Of a stretch of 64,000 nt of DNA, positions 51,429-60,890 are shown piece after piece (positions within the stretch are counted from its first letter, which is position 1; each line of letters starts with the position of its first letter). Location of the stretch: contig JAGRIE010000014.1 of assembly GCA_020443425.1 (NCBI GenBank), positions 12,119 through 76,118 on the forward strand, read 5' to 3'. Under the pieces are notes generated by a model. The model had not been told where the DNA came from, searched no databases, and worked only from the letters and a program-made list of their open reading frames with translations. Both the position numbers and the translations under genes were made by a program. Origin of the DNA: Halioglobus sp. (GTDB lineage Bacteria > Pseudomonadota > Gammaproteobacteria > Pseudomonadales > Halieaceae).

Positions 51429-52361
51429 ATGGTAGGTGGATTCGGGATCGGCGCGATTGCGTTCGTGCTACTGGCAGTCATCACCGTATTGGCGGGCGCC
51501 AAAGTGGTGCCACAGGGCTCGGCCTGGACAGTGGAGCGCTTCGGGCGCTACACCAAAACCCTGAAACCCGGATTGAATATCATCGTGCCCTACATCGACC
51601 GGATAGGGCACAAGGTCAGCATGATGGAAACGGTGCTGGATATCATTCCCCAGGATGTCATCTCCAGTGACAACGCGATGGTCACCACCGATGCCGTGTG
51701 CTTCTACCAGGTGCAGTACGCCGAGAAGGCGGCCTATGAGGTAAACGATCGTGATCGCGCCATGCAGAACCTGGTGATGACCAATATCCGCGCGGTGATA
51801 GGCTCGATGGAACTCGATGCCATGCTGTCCAACCGCGACCGTATCAATGCCGAGCTGCTGTCGAAAGTGGATGAGGCGACCACGCCCTGGGGGATCAAGG
51901 TGACGAGGATTGAAATCAAGGATATCGCGCCCTCGCCCGATCTGGTGGAATCGATGGCGCGACAGATGAAGGCGGAGCGTGAAAAGCGAGCCACCATTCT
52001 GGAGGCAGAAGGCCAGCGTGAGGCGGCCATCCAGGTGGCGCAGGGCCGCAAGCAGGCACAGATCCTGGCCGCGGAGGGTGAACTGGAGGCGGCCATGCGC
52101 GAGGCGGAAGCGAGGGAGCGGCTGGCGGAGGCAGAGGCGAAAGCCACGCAGATGGTCAGCGTGGCCATCGACGAGGGTAACGGGCAGGCCATCAATTATT
52201 TTATCGCCACCAAATACACCGAGGCCCTCGGGCAGCTCGCGGCCTCATCGAACAACAAGGTGATGATGATCCCGCTGGAGGCCTCCAGCCTGATCGGGTC
52301 GCTGGCCGGGATTACCGAGCTGGTGAAGCAGACCAGCGCGTCCGACGATACCGTCGCCTGA
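51429..52361 (+). CDS. qmcA: SPFH/band-7 protein (QmcA-like)
   Basis: VERFGRY...[45 protein letters not shown] coiled coil. Confidence 0.92.
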   Translation: MVGGFGIGAIAFVLLAVITVLAGAKVVPQGSAWTVERFGRYTKTLKPGLNIIVPYIDRIGHKVSMMETVLDIIPQDVISSDNAMVTTDAVCFYQVQYAEKAAYEVNDRDRAMQNLVMTNIRAVIGSMELDAMLSNRDRINAELLSKVDEATTPWGIKVTRIEIKDIAPSPDLVESMARQMKAEREKRATILEAEGQREAAIQVAQGRKQAQILAAEGELEAAMREAEARERLAEAEAKATQMVSVAIDEGNGQAINYFIATKYTEALGQLAASSNNKVMMIPLEASSLIGSLAGITELVKQTSASDDTVA

Positions 52362-52374
52362 ACAGGGAGGGCCT

Positions 52375-52857
52375 ATGGAGCTTTTTAATACCTTGCAAGC
52401 ATGGCACTGGTTTGTCCTCGCTGTGTTGCTGATAGTGCTCGAAGTGACCACCACCACCGGCTTTGTGCTCGGGATCGCGTTCGCGGCGCTGGCACTGGCG
52501 GGGCTTCTCTGGCTGGTCCCGGCGCTGTCCTGGGACTGGCAGCTACTGGTGTTCGGGGTGCTTTCCGTCGTGATGACGATCGCCTATCGCAGCTATTTCA
52601 AACCGGGTAAGGATGCCCCGGACACCCCGGTGCTGAATGACCGCGCAGCGCAGATGCTCGGCAAGCTGTTTGTACTCGGGGTCGACCTGGATCGGGCCGG
52701 CGCCGATATGATTGGCGATACCCGGTGGACGCTGCGCAGTGCCGAGCGCATCGGGAAAGGTACCCGGGTGCGGGTGGTGGGCGTCGAGGGTATGGTGCTG
52801 GTTGTGGAGGCGGAGTCCTGGACGGGTGTACCCGGCGACAGGGGGGCTAGGTCTTGA
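52375..52857 (+). CDS. ybbJ: NfeD family protein (YbbJ-like)
   Basis: Hydrophobic N-terminus W..LAVLLIVLE; LNDRAAQMLG; C-terminal OB fold GTRVRVVGVEG; follows the SPFH gene. Confidence 0.88.
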   Translation: MELFNTLQAWHWFVLAVLLIVLEVTTTTGFVLGIAFAALALAGLLWLVPALSWDWQLLVFGVLSVVMTIAYRSYFKPGKDAPDTPVLNDRAAQMLGKLFVLGVDLDRAGADMIGDTRWTLRSAERIGKGTRVRVVGVEGMVLVVEAESWTGVPGDRGARS

Positions 52858-53497
52858 CCAGGCTGATCAGTCCCAGCTCCATTGCTTTTACCGTGGCCTC
52901 AGCGCGCGAGTTGACCTGCAGTTTCTGGTACACCGATTTCAGGTAGCCGGCGCCCGTGTGATACGAGATAGACAGCGCGGAGGAGGCCTCGCGGCTGCTG
53001 TAGCCCTTGGAAATGAGCACCAGCATCTGCTCCTCTCTGGGGCTGAGCGAGACGGATTCTTCACTCCGCTCGGGCCGGAATACATGCAGCATCTGTGTCG
53101 CTATCGAGGCGGACAGCGGCGGGCGGCCGGACAGGATGCCTGCGAGATTCTCTGCGAACACCCGCTCTTCCTCGTCCTTCAGGAGATACCCATCAGCGCC
53201 TGCCCGCAGTGCGGGAAACAGGTGGTCGGCGTCATCGAAAATCGTGGTGACCACGCAGGGCGCGGCCGGGTGTCTCAGTTTGACCAGCGGGATCAGGTCG
53301 GTGCCATCGCCATCGGGCAGCCCGAGGTCCACCAGCACCAGGTCCCAGCTGGCGCTCTCGATCTGCGCCCGCGCTGCAGCAAAGGATGTGGCGATGCTGA
53401 TTTCTGTCTGCCCGAAAACGTCGGCAACCCGGGCGCCCAACCAGCCGGCAACGTCGCTGACGTCCTCGATGACCAGTGTGCGCGGTTGTGTTTCCAT
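52847..53497 (-). CDS. NarL/LuxR family response regulator
   Basis: LVIED, LVDLGLPDG (phospho-Asp), GADGYLLK, LSPREEQML HTH, YQKLQVNSRAEA. Confidence 0.94.
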   Translation of the reverse strand: METQPRTLVIEDVSDVAGWLGARVADVFGQTEISIATSFAAARAQIESASWDLVLVDLGLPDGDGTDLIPLVKLRHPAAPCVVTTIFDDADHLFPALRAGADGYLLKDEEERVFAENLAGILSGRPPLSASIATQMLHVFRPERSEESVSLSPREEQMLVLISKGYSSREASSALSISYHTGAGYLKSVYQKLQVNSRAEATVKAMELGLISLVKT

Positions 53498-53617
53498 GTA
53501 TGTCTCACCTTGAAAAATTGGTAGCATTTGCGGTCGGGTGGCTGCATGCTGCCCGCTGGTCCACCCAATGCCCTGCGGTAGCTTAGGGTATTGAGTCGCG
53601 TAGTGGCCAGCAAAACA

Positions 53618-53636
53618 ACCCCCTGAATATGGGGTG
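53618..53636. promoter_or_regulatory. Palindromic site A, putative response-regulator binding site in the RR/HK intergenic region
   Basis: ACCCCCTGAATATGGGGTG; 15/19 identical to the reverse complement of site B. Confidence 0.55.
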
Positions 53637-53653
53637 ACGTGTGAGGGGCTCAA

Positions 53654-55756
53654 TTGTCATCTATCCGCTTGCGATTAACGGTTGCACTGCTGGTGCCTGT
53701 GCTGTTGTTTTTTGGCGGCGTGTTCACTGCGCTGTCGCTGCCCCAGGCCGATGCGCTGTTCCGCGCAGGGCCTGATCAGCTGCTGATCATCTCCGGGCCG
53801 GCCGATCAGGGCCGGGTGCTCTCCGGTTTCACCGTCGACTCGCAGTTCACCATAGGCGCCACGCCCGACCTGGTGATTGAAGAGCCTGATGTGGTGCCGA
53901 CCTACACCGATATGAACGACCTGTTCAGCCGGATCGGCCAGTTGACCGATGCGCTGCTCGCCGGGCACTTGGTGGCGCAGACCGCCACCGGTGAGCTGCT
54001 ACCCGTGCAGTCCGTTACGCGCAGCCCGGGGGATCTTCCCGCGGTCTTCTGGCTGCAGATACTGTGTGCCACAGCAGCTCTCGTCGTCTGTGCCCTTATC
54101 TGGTCGACGGTGAAACCGGCACTGGGAAGCCTCGGCTTCATCCTGTCCGGGATCGGCTTCGCGCTGGCAGCGGCATCGGCCAGCATCTACAGCACCCGCA
54201 GCCTGTTCATCGATGCCGGCCTGTTCAGCTTCCTGTCATCGATCAACTCGATCGGCTGTGTCCTGTTCGGTTCCGGCCTGATCCTGTTCCTGTGGAACTA
54301 CCCGTTGTCGCTGTGGCCGCGGCTGAGTAAATCCATAACGCTGCTCACTTTTGTGGCGTTTGTCGCACTCAGCCTGAGCGAGGTTGTCGACGACATCAGT
54401 ACCTCCCGTTACCTGCCCATGCTTATCATGCTGGTGTTGGCGCTGGCGGGGCTTGTCTGCCAGTGGTTCAACACCAGTAACAGTGCCGCAGAGCGCCTGA
54501 TTGTGCGCTGGATTACCATTTCAGTGCTGCTGGGCACCTCGATTTTCATGTTGCTGGTGGCGCTTCCGATTATCCTAGGGTTTGCCGAACCGGCCCCACA
54601 GAGCCTGACAATCGCGACGTTCCTGCTGATGTACCTCAGCATGATGCTGGCAGTGGTGCGCTATCGCCTGTTCGACCTGGAGCGCTGGTATTTCGCGATC
54701 TGGACATGGATGCTTGGCGGCCTCGCGGTGCTGGTCGCCGATCTGGTGCTGGCATCCCTGTTAACGCTGTCCAGCGCGGCGACGCTGACACTGTCGCTGG
54801 CGCTGGTGGGCTGGATCTATTTCCCGCTGAGGCAGTGGCTGTGGCGACGCGTTTTCCAGCGCGAGGGCGATGGCCTTGCGGCATGGCTGGAGGCCTCGCT
54901 GCCTGTGATGCTGCAGGCTATACAGGGGGGGCAGTCGCCGGAAACGGTGCTGAGACAGGCGGCAGAAGCGGTTTTTTCGCCGCTGGAAATACGGCAGATT
55001 GCGCAGGAGTATCCACAGATAGAGGCGAGCAGGAATGGCGACTGCCTGTATATCCCCCTGCCGGTCGGCGGTGCCCTGCAAGTATTCCACCCCGCGCAGG
55101 GGCGCCGGCTGTTTAGCCAGCGCGATGAGCTGCATGCGCAGCTGATCCTGTCCCTGTACGGATTGATGATGTCCTCCGTTACCGCCCGCAGGGAGGGCGC
55201 GCAGCAGGAGCGCCAGCGCCTGAAGCGCGACCTGCACGATGATCTCGGGGCAAAACTGCTGCGGCTGCTGCACCGTTCCGACCGGGACAACCAGCCGCTG
55301 GTGCGGGAGGCTATCGCCGACCTCAGGAAGCTGCTCGACAGCAAGTCCGCGGAGGAAAACGACACCCTCAAAGCGGTGAATGGCTGGCGCGAGGAGGCGC
55401 AGATACGCTGTGCCGATCATAATGTCGCGCTCAACTGGCAGCAGAGCATTGCGCCGGCACCGATGGATGCAAAATTGTTCGGCAATGTAACCAGCGTGTT
55501 GCGCGAGTCGCTGAGTAACGCGATACGCCACGCCAGTGACAAGGCTGTGGATATCCGGATCGACGGGAGCGAGGACAAACTGGAAATTCTGGTCACCAAT
55601 CGCTTTGCGGGTGGAGGGCCGGGCGCGGGCAACGGGCTGGATAACATCAGGCAGCGCCTGCTCGACTGCGGGGGAGTGTGCGCGATTTCACAGAATAACA
55701 ATCTTTGGCAGGTGGAATTCGCAGTGGGACTGCGGGATACCGTAAAAACCCCCTAA
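53654..55756 (+). CDS. Multi-TM sensor histidine kinase (HisKA_3 type)
   Basis: Periplasmic domain plus many TM helices; H-box RDLHDDLG; N-box ESLSNAIRHA; G2 GNGLDNIRQR; G1 box degenerate. Confidence 0.88.
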   Translation: MSSIRLRLTVALLVPVLLFFGGVFTALSLPQADALFRAGPDQLLIISGPADQGRVLSGFTVDSQFTIGATPDLVIEEPDVVPTYTDMNDLFSRIGQLTDALLAGHLVAQTATGELLPVQSVTRSPGDLPAVFWLQILCATAALVVCALIWSTVKPALGSLGFILSGIGFALAAASASIYSTRSLFIDAGLFSFLSSINSIGCVLFGSGLILFLWNYPLSLWPRLSKSITLLTFVAFVALSLSEVVDDISTSRYLPMLIMLVLALAGLVCQWFNTSNSAAERLIVRWITISVLLGTSIFMLLVALPIILGFAEPAPQSLTIATFLLMYLSMMLAVVRYRLFDLERWYFAIWTWMLGGLAVLVADLVLASLLTLSSAATLTLSLALVGWIYFPLRQWLWRRVFQREGDGLAAWLEASLPVMLQAIQGGQSPETVLRQAAEAVFSPLEIRQIAQEYPQIEASRNGDCLYIPLPVGGALQVFHPAQGRRLFSQRDELHAQLILSLYGLMMSSVTARREGAQQERQRLKRDLHDDLGAKLLRLLHRSDRDNQPLVREAIADLRKLLDSKSAEENDTLKAVNGWREEAQIRCADHNVALNWQQSIAPAPMDAKLFGNVTSVLRESLSNAIRHASDKAVDIRIDGSEDKLEILVTNRFAGGGPGAGNGLDNIRQRLLDCGGVCAISQNNNLWQVEFAVGLRDTVKTP

Positions 55757-55766
55757 TTCAGGGGGT
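55748..55766. promoter_or_regulatory. Palindromic site B upstream of the giant lipoprotein gene
   Basis: ACCCCC-TAATTCA-GGGGGT, overlapping the HK stop codon, 65 nt before the ATG at 55832. Confidence 0.55.
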
Positions 55767-55831
55767 ACTGCCGCTCAGCGCCCCCATCTTAGTATCGCCC
55801 CAAACTATTTATAAAGTTACCGGGGCGATTC

Positions 55832-58800
55832 ATGAAGACTTTCCGAAACGGCGGACACAACGCCATTGTGCGACCACTGGGGCTCACCTTGACGCTGGGC
55901 CTCAGTTTTTTACTGGGAGCTTGCAGCGGTGGCAGCTCCTCCTCCAACGGCAGCGGTGTGGTCAATGAGGTGGTCACGCCGACACCCACTCCCACCACGC
56001 AGACACTCGAAGGCACCGCGGCGGTTGGCGCCGCTATTGTCGACGGCATCGTCACGGCACGCTGTGCCAATGGCAACAGTTTCACCGAGGAGGTGAAGAC
56101 GGATGCCGATGGCAGTTGGTCGGGAACCATCGACAGCGCGGCGCTGCCCTGTGCGCTGCAGGTGTCCGGAGGGACGCCCGCGGTGACACTGCACAGCTAT
56201 GCCGCTGCACCGGGAACGGTGAACATCACGCCGCTGACCGATCTTGTGCTCGCGCTGGCAACGCTGCAAACGCCGCAGGACTGGTTTAATGGCTTCAGCG
56301 GTGACAGCGTCGATATCGGTACCGCCTCCGGCACCCTGTTGGACAAGTTCGCTGGCAACGGCTTTGATATCCCGTCGACAGGAAACCCGTTTACCACGCC
56401 GTTCACCACCAACGGTACCGGCTGGGACGGCCTGCTCGACCAGATCGGGCAGTCTATCGCGGATGACCCGGGCCTGGCCGATCACGCCGCTCTGGTCACT
56501 ATCGTAAAAGACGGCAATCTGGATAACCTGCCCGCCGCCCCCGCGCCTGTGACCTACACCATCAGCGGTACCGTCACCGGTGCCAGTGCCAATGTCGTCT
56601 GGGAGACCATCGTCGGCGGCCAGCTGTTGCACGATGGTGGCAGTGGCAACGGCGATGTCACCTTCAGCCCCAGTGAGGGTATTGCTCAGGGCAGCAGCTG
56701 GCGGGTTGCAATCAATACCGCGCCGGCGGGCCAGTCCTGCGTCGTCAATAACGGCAGCGGTACGCTGTCGGCGAATGTGACGAATGTTGAAATCGTCTGC
56801 ACCGAAGCTGCGAGTTTCAGCCTGTCCGGCACTATCAGCGGCGCCTCCGGCGCAGTCGGTTGGACGGCGCGCAGGAGTGGCGCCAACTACAATACCGGCA
56901 GTGACAGCAACGGGGCAGTCACGTTCACCCTGCCTGCCGGTATGGTTGAGAACAGCAACTGGCGCGTTCTCGTGACCAGCGCGCCCGCCGGCCAGACCTG
57001 CAGCGTCAGCAATGGCAGCGGCACGCTGAAAGCCGATGTTACCAACATCGCGATCCAGTGCAGCGATGAGGTGATAGTGCCGAATACGTACACGATTTCC
57101 GGTTCCATCACCGGTGCCTCCGGCCTTGTGCAGTGGCAGACCTTCAACGGCATGAATTTCCATCACGACGGCAGCAATAACAACGGCAGTGTCGCCTTTA
57201 CCACGGCTGCCGGTATGGAGGAGGGCAGCAGCTGGCGTGTCCAGGTGTCGGCAGCGCCGACCGGACAGAGCTGTGCGGTCAGCAACGGCAGCGGCACGCT
57301 GGCGGCGAACGTCAGCAATGTACTGATCAGCTGCAGCGACACCAATGTTGTCCCGGGCGATGCGATCTATGATTTCTCGTCGCTGAACCTGAAGCCGACC
57401 GTTCCCGGCATGACCCCAATCGCGCCCAGCGTCAACCCGGTCGATCCCTCACTGGATATCGCGGCGCTCTACGCCGCACTGGGAGAGCGTGAGAAGGCGC
57501 GGGTTTTTGCCCCGGCCCCCGACAACCTGCAGGTGGAGATCGACAGCTACCAGCGGGAGTACTACCTCACCCAATCTGTGTCGGCCTTGGAGTGGACGCG
57601 GCGCCTGTCGATTGACGCCGGTGCCGATGGCGAGACCAACACCGCTGACGATATCATCACCGCCTACACCGTCTATCCGGATGGCGTGCAGGGCGTGGCC
57701 TACTCCTTTACCCACCCTGGCCCGGATGCTGTCTGGTTCACCGAGGATGACGTTCCTGGCGTCCATCTCAGCGGTCGCAAAGTCTACTTCCCGGACGGTG
57801 TGGTGCTTGAGTACGAGGATGCCAGCGAGGGCGTTATCCTGGTGGTGCCCTTCCTGGATACCGGAGCCGACGGCAAGCTGTTCACGGCAGATGATGTGGT
57901 GAATTTCAGTGTCGGCTACCAGATTGCCATTCTCGATGGCGAGGGCAACCGCGGCCAGATCGTGACCTACGACGCCTACGGAGCGGACAAGCAGTGGTTC
58001 ACCGCGGATGATGTGGTCGACAACTATGTGATGGCGACAAGTGCGCTGTCGGGGCGGCAGCTGATCAGCGTGGTGTACAACAGTCCCGGTTCCGATGGCA
58101 GCTGGTTCACGGCGGACGACGTGGTAAAACAGCACACCCAGATTCAGCTGGGCAGTGACTACCTGCCGCGTTACAGCGCCGTGTACGATTCACCCAGCGG
58201 TGACAGCACCTGGTTCACCGCTGACGATCGCGTGCTCGCGTGGACTTACTACGGCTACGATGGCAAGGGTAATGCCGTACTGGTGGCCACGCATACCAAC
58301 AAGGGCAGTGACGGCGTCTGGTTTACGGCGGACGATACCGCAAGCGGACTTGTCAGCCTCAAGGATGCCAACGGGCGGTCCATCGTCGAGGCGATTATCA
58401 GCGGCTCCGGTGCGATGGGTCCCGACGGCATCTGGTTGTCCGGCGATGAAACCCTGTACGGCTACGCGTATACCGAGTTCGACGCTAACGGCAACAAGAC
58501 ACTCAACGCGCAGATCCAGAGCAAGGGCGCCGACGGCAAGTGGTTTACATCCGATGACCTGCCGACAGCGAGTTACAACTACTGGACGCGCAACTTCGAC
58601 AGCCAGGGTCGTATGACACAGCAGGTGTATTACAACCCCGCGCTGGCGCCGGCCAGCCCGGCGTTCAGCGAGGCGCAAATCGAGCGGTACACTGTGTACA
58701 ACCCCGACCTCGACATCTCTGTGTCGGTATACCGGGATCTCTATGGTTCGAGTTTTGGCAATGACGGCAAGCCCTTCACGGCCGATGATTTCATAGGCTG

Positions 58801-60682
58801 GCCCTATGTCATCACCACCGACTCGGGCAGCCTGCAGTACAACCAACCCGGCCCTGACGCCATCTGGTTCACCGATGACGATGTCAGGAGTGGCTCGATC
58901 GTGCAGCAGTTTGAGGGTAACCGCAAAACGCTGGAGCAGTATCTCGACGCCAACGGCGATGTGGTTTCCTATTCGGAGGTCTCGGAGCTGACACCCACCA
59001 GCTACCGCACGGACAGCTACCAGGTCGATGAGACGGGTTCGCCAGTGCTCACCGGCTACAATATCGTCGAGGAAGACGGCAATGGTTACCCGCGCTGGAC
59101 AACCTGGTACACGGTGGAGGATGTGATCACCAACGTGGGCTACACCGAGTACGATAGCCGCGGCAATATCACTCGCCAGAGTTCTGCCTACTCGCCGGGC
59201 AATGACGGTATCTGGGCAACAGCTGATGACTTCGGCTACTACGCGCTGCAGTTTTTCAACAGCGATAACGAACTGGTGTCGGATGCCACGGAATATCCCG
59301 GTGCGGACCGTGTCTGGGGTACGCTTGACGATTACGTCGGCCCCAGCCGGATTCTGCAGCTCGAATACGATTTCGACCAGCTGCAGGATAACGCCGGTTA
59401 TGTCGCGCGCAGCTGTGACGACCTGATGATTGTATCGAGCGGGTCGATCAATGTGCTGGTGCGCGACCAGGACGGTGAGCCACTGGCGGGCGTCATCGCG
59501 CAGCTGAACAGCCAGGGCAGTACGGTCACCACGGATGCCAGCGGCACGGCGAGCTTCAGCGGCCTCAGTGGCGCACAGGATGTTCACCTGTTCAAGGATG
59601 GCTACAACTGGGAGAGCTTCTACTGTGTGGCGCCGGGCAGCGATGTCACCGTGCAGGGCCGCCTGGCCAGCCGCAACCAGCCGGCGTTGGATTCCAAGGT
59701 GAACTTCCAGGCAACACCCGGCAACTATTACTACACGCTGCGCCTGCTGGATGACGAGGGTTACCCTGTTTCCAGCCGCTCACAATCCTCCAGCAGCGGT
59801 GCCGAGTACGGCCAGACCTACGGTTCCATCTACTTCGGCCTGCCCGCCGACTCGGAAGTCACCGGCGAGCTGTGGGCGTTACAGGTTGACCGCTACGGCG
59901 TGCTGCTCAGTGCCCAGTCGCTCGGCCAGCAGACACACACCACCATAGCCAGTAACCTGTATTCGGATTACCAGCCGATAGAGCTTGCGTTCACGGAGTC
60001 CCAGCCCATCGCGGTGGCTGCACGCGGAACGCTGGCGGCCCCGGGTGGTCAGTTCGCGACTATGGCTGTCTCACTGGGAGGCCTGTATGACCTGCCGTTC
60101 CGCTATGACGCCTCACTGGGCGGTACGTACGCGGCAGTGCCTGATGTGACGGATGTCGAACTGCCGCTAAGGGCACAACCGACAGCGTTGAAAGCCACCG
60201 GCGATAACTGGGAGGCCTGGTACCCGGGCGACTATCCAGAACTGGGAGAGGGTGTATTTGTCGCCTCTGTCATCACCGGCTTCCAGTACGAGCCGCTGGT
60301 GCAGACACAGTCTGCCCCGGGTGACCAGCCGACGATACAGTGGACGCCGGTTCGCCAGATGAAAGAGGATGCCTTCGCCACAGTGACCTCTCTGGAGTTG
60401 CGCAGCGCGGTAGGTGGCCAGGGCTATCAATCGCACTGGACGCTGCACCTGCCCGCCGGTGACAGCAGTGTACAACTGCCCCGTCTGCCGGCAGGCATCA
60501 GTGATGCCCTGCTCCCGGAGAAGGAGTACAGAATGGTGATACGGTCTCGCGCCATACCGTCACTGGACTACAGCACGGCGGTCGCGACCGAGGATCTGCA
60601 TAAGCTGAGCGCCGGTCTCGCCACCGAGCGACTCTCCACCGGGAACGACTACGACGGCGGCAACCTACTGCAGCGCCAGTAA
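55832..60682 (+). CDS. Giant (1616 aa) surface lipoprotein with Ig-like repeats and GxDGxWFTxDD repeats
   Basis: Lipobox LLGAC31, Ser/Thr/Pro linker, three ~82-aa Cys-paired repeats, 13 acidic motif repeats, C-terminal beta-sandwich domains. Confidence 0.9.
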   Translation: MKTFRNGGHNAIVRPLGLTLTLGLSFLLGACSGGSSSSNGSGVVNEVVTPTPTPTTQTLEGTAAVGAAIVDGIVTARCANGNSFTEEVKTDADGSWSGTIDSAALPCALQVSGGTPAVTLHSYAAAPGTVNITPLTDLVLALATLQTPQDWFNGFSGDSVDIGTASGTLLDKFAGNGFDIPSTGNPFTTPFTTNGTGWDGLLDQIGQSIADDPGLADHAALVTIVKDGNLDNLPAAPAPVTYTISGTVTGASANVVWETIVGGQLLHDGGSGNGDVTFSPSEGIAQGSSWRVAINTAPAGQSCVVNNGSGTLSANVTNVEIVCTEAASFSLSGTISGASGAVGWTARRSGANYNTGSDSNGAVTFTLPAGMVENSNWRVLVTSAPAGQTCSVSNGSGTLKADVTNIAIQCSDEVIVPNTYTISGSITGASGLVQWQTFNGMNFHHDGSNNNGSVAFTTAAGMEEGSSWRVQVSAAPTGQSCAVSNGSGTLAANVSNVLISCSDTNVVPGDAIYDFSSLNLKPTVPGMTPIAPSVNPVDPSLDIAALYAALGEREKARVFAPAPDNLQVEIDSYQREYYLTQSVSALEWTRRLSIDAGADGETNTADDIITAYTVYPDGVQGVAYSFTHPGPDAVWFTEDDVPGVHLSGRKVYFPDGVVLEYEDASEGVILVVPFLDTGADGKLFTADDVVNFSVGYQIAILDGEGNRGQIVTYDAYGADKQWFTADDVVDNYVMATSALSGRQLISVVYNSPGSDGSWFTADDVVKQHTQIQLGSDYLPRYSAVYDSPSGDSTWFTADDRVLAWTYYGYDGKGNAVLVATHTNKGSDGVWFTADDTASGLVSLKDANGRSIVEAIISGSGAMGPDGIWLSGDETLYGYAYTEFDANGNKTLNAQIQSKGADGKWFTSDDLPTASYNYWTRNFDSQGRMTQQVYYNPALAPASPAFSEAQIERYTVYNPDLDISVSVYRDLYGSSFGNDGKPFTADDFIGWPYVITTDSGSLQYNQPGPDAIWFTDDDVRSGSIVQQFEGNRKTLEQYLDANGDVVSYSEVSELTPTSYRTDSYQVDETGSPVLTGYNIVEEDGNGYPRWTTWYTVEDVITNVGYTEYDSRGNITRQSSAYSPGNDGIWATADDFGYYALQFFNSDNELVSDATEYPGADRVWGTLDDYVGPSRILQLEYDFDQLQDNAGYVARSCDDLMIVSSGSINVLVRDQDGEPLAGVIAQLNSQGSTVTTDASGTASFSGLSGAQDVHLFKDGYNWESFYCVAPGSDVTVQGRLASRNQPALDSKVNFQATPGNYYYTLRLLDDEGYPVSSRSQSSSSGAEYGQTYGSIYFGLPADSEVTGELWALQVDRYGVLLSAQSLGQQTHTTIASNLYSDYQPIELAFTESQPIAVAARGTLAAPGGQFATMAVSLGGLYDLPFRYDASLGGTYAAVPDVTDVELPLRAQPTALKATGDNWEAWYPGDYPELGEGVFVASVITGFQYEPLVQTQSAPGDQPTIQWTPVRQMKEDAFATVTSLELRSAVGGQGYQSHWTLHLPAGDSSVQLPRLPAGISDALLPEKEYRMVIRSRAIPSLDYSTAVATEDLHKLSAGLATERLSTGNDYDGGNLLQRQ
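56555..57334 (+). repeat. Three tandem ~82-aa Ig-like repeats
   Basis: (Y/F)(T/S)(I/L)SG...W...NG.V.F...G.....WRV....AP.GQ.C.V.NGSGTL.A.V.N..I.C at aa 242-323, 329-410 and 420-501. Confidence 0.9.
57620..59332 (+). repeat. Thirteen dispersed GxDGxWFTxDD peptide repeats
   Basis: GADGETNTADD, GPDAVWFTEDD, GADGKLFTADD, GADKQWFTADD, GSDGSWFTADD, SGDSTWFTADD, GSDGVWFTADD, GPDGIWLSGDE, GADGKWFTSDD, GNDGKPFTADD, GPDAIWFTDDD, GNDGIWATADD, GADRVWGTLDD. Confidence 0.9.
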
Positions 60683-60696
60683 CAAGTGACCTTTCC

Positions 60697-60724
60697 AAGC
60701 CCGGTTCATGCCGGGCTTTTTTTT
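60697..60724 (+). terminator. Intrinsic terminator after the giant lipoprotein gene
   Basis: AAGCCCGG-ttcatg-CCGGGCTT followed by a T run. Confidence 0.88.
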
Positions 60725-60835
60725 GCCTGCAGTTCCGGTCGCAGCCTTGCACCCGGCCCGGCGCCACTACACAGGATGCGGTCGCGGTGGCGTCACCGGC
60801 ACTGCATGGAAGCAGCAGAGAAGCAGGCGCAAGAC

Positions 60836-60862
60836 TGAACCGGTCGGCTGTGGTGTGCGTAT
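60836..60862 (+). promoter_or_regulatory. Putative ECF sigma (RpoE/ChrR, ECF11) promoter
   Basis: TGAACC-N15-GCGTAT versus the recalled consensus TGATCC-N15-GCGTA. Confidence 0.6.
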
Positions 60863-60890
60863 AGCCTTTAAACCTTCAAGGGAGAGCGCC

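Noticed and set aside
55832-60682. Giant lipoprotein as an RHS/YD polymorphic toxin
   Set aside because: It lacks the PxxxxDPxG autocleavage motif, a C-terminal toxin domain and a downstream immunity gene; a terminator follows directly.
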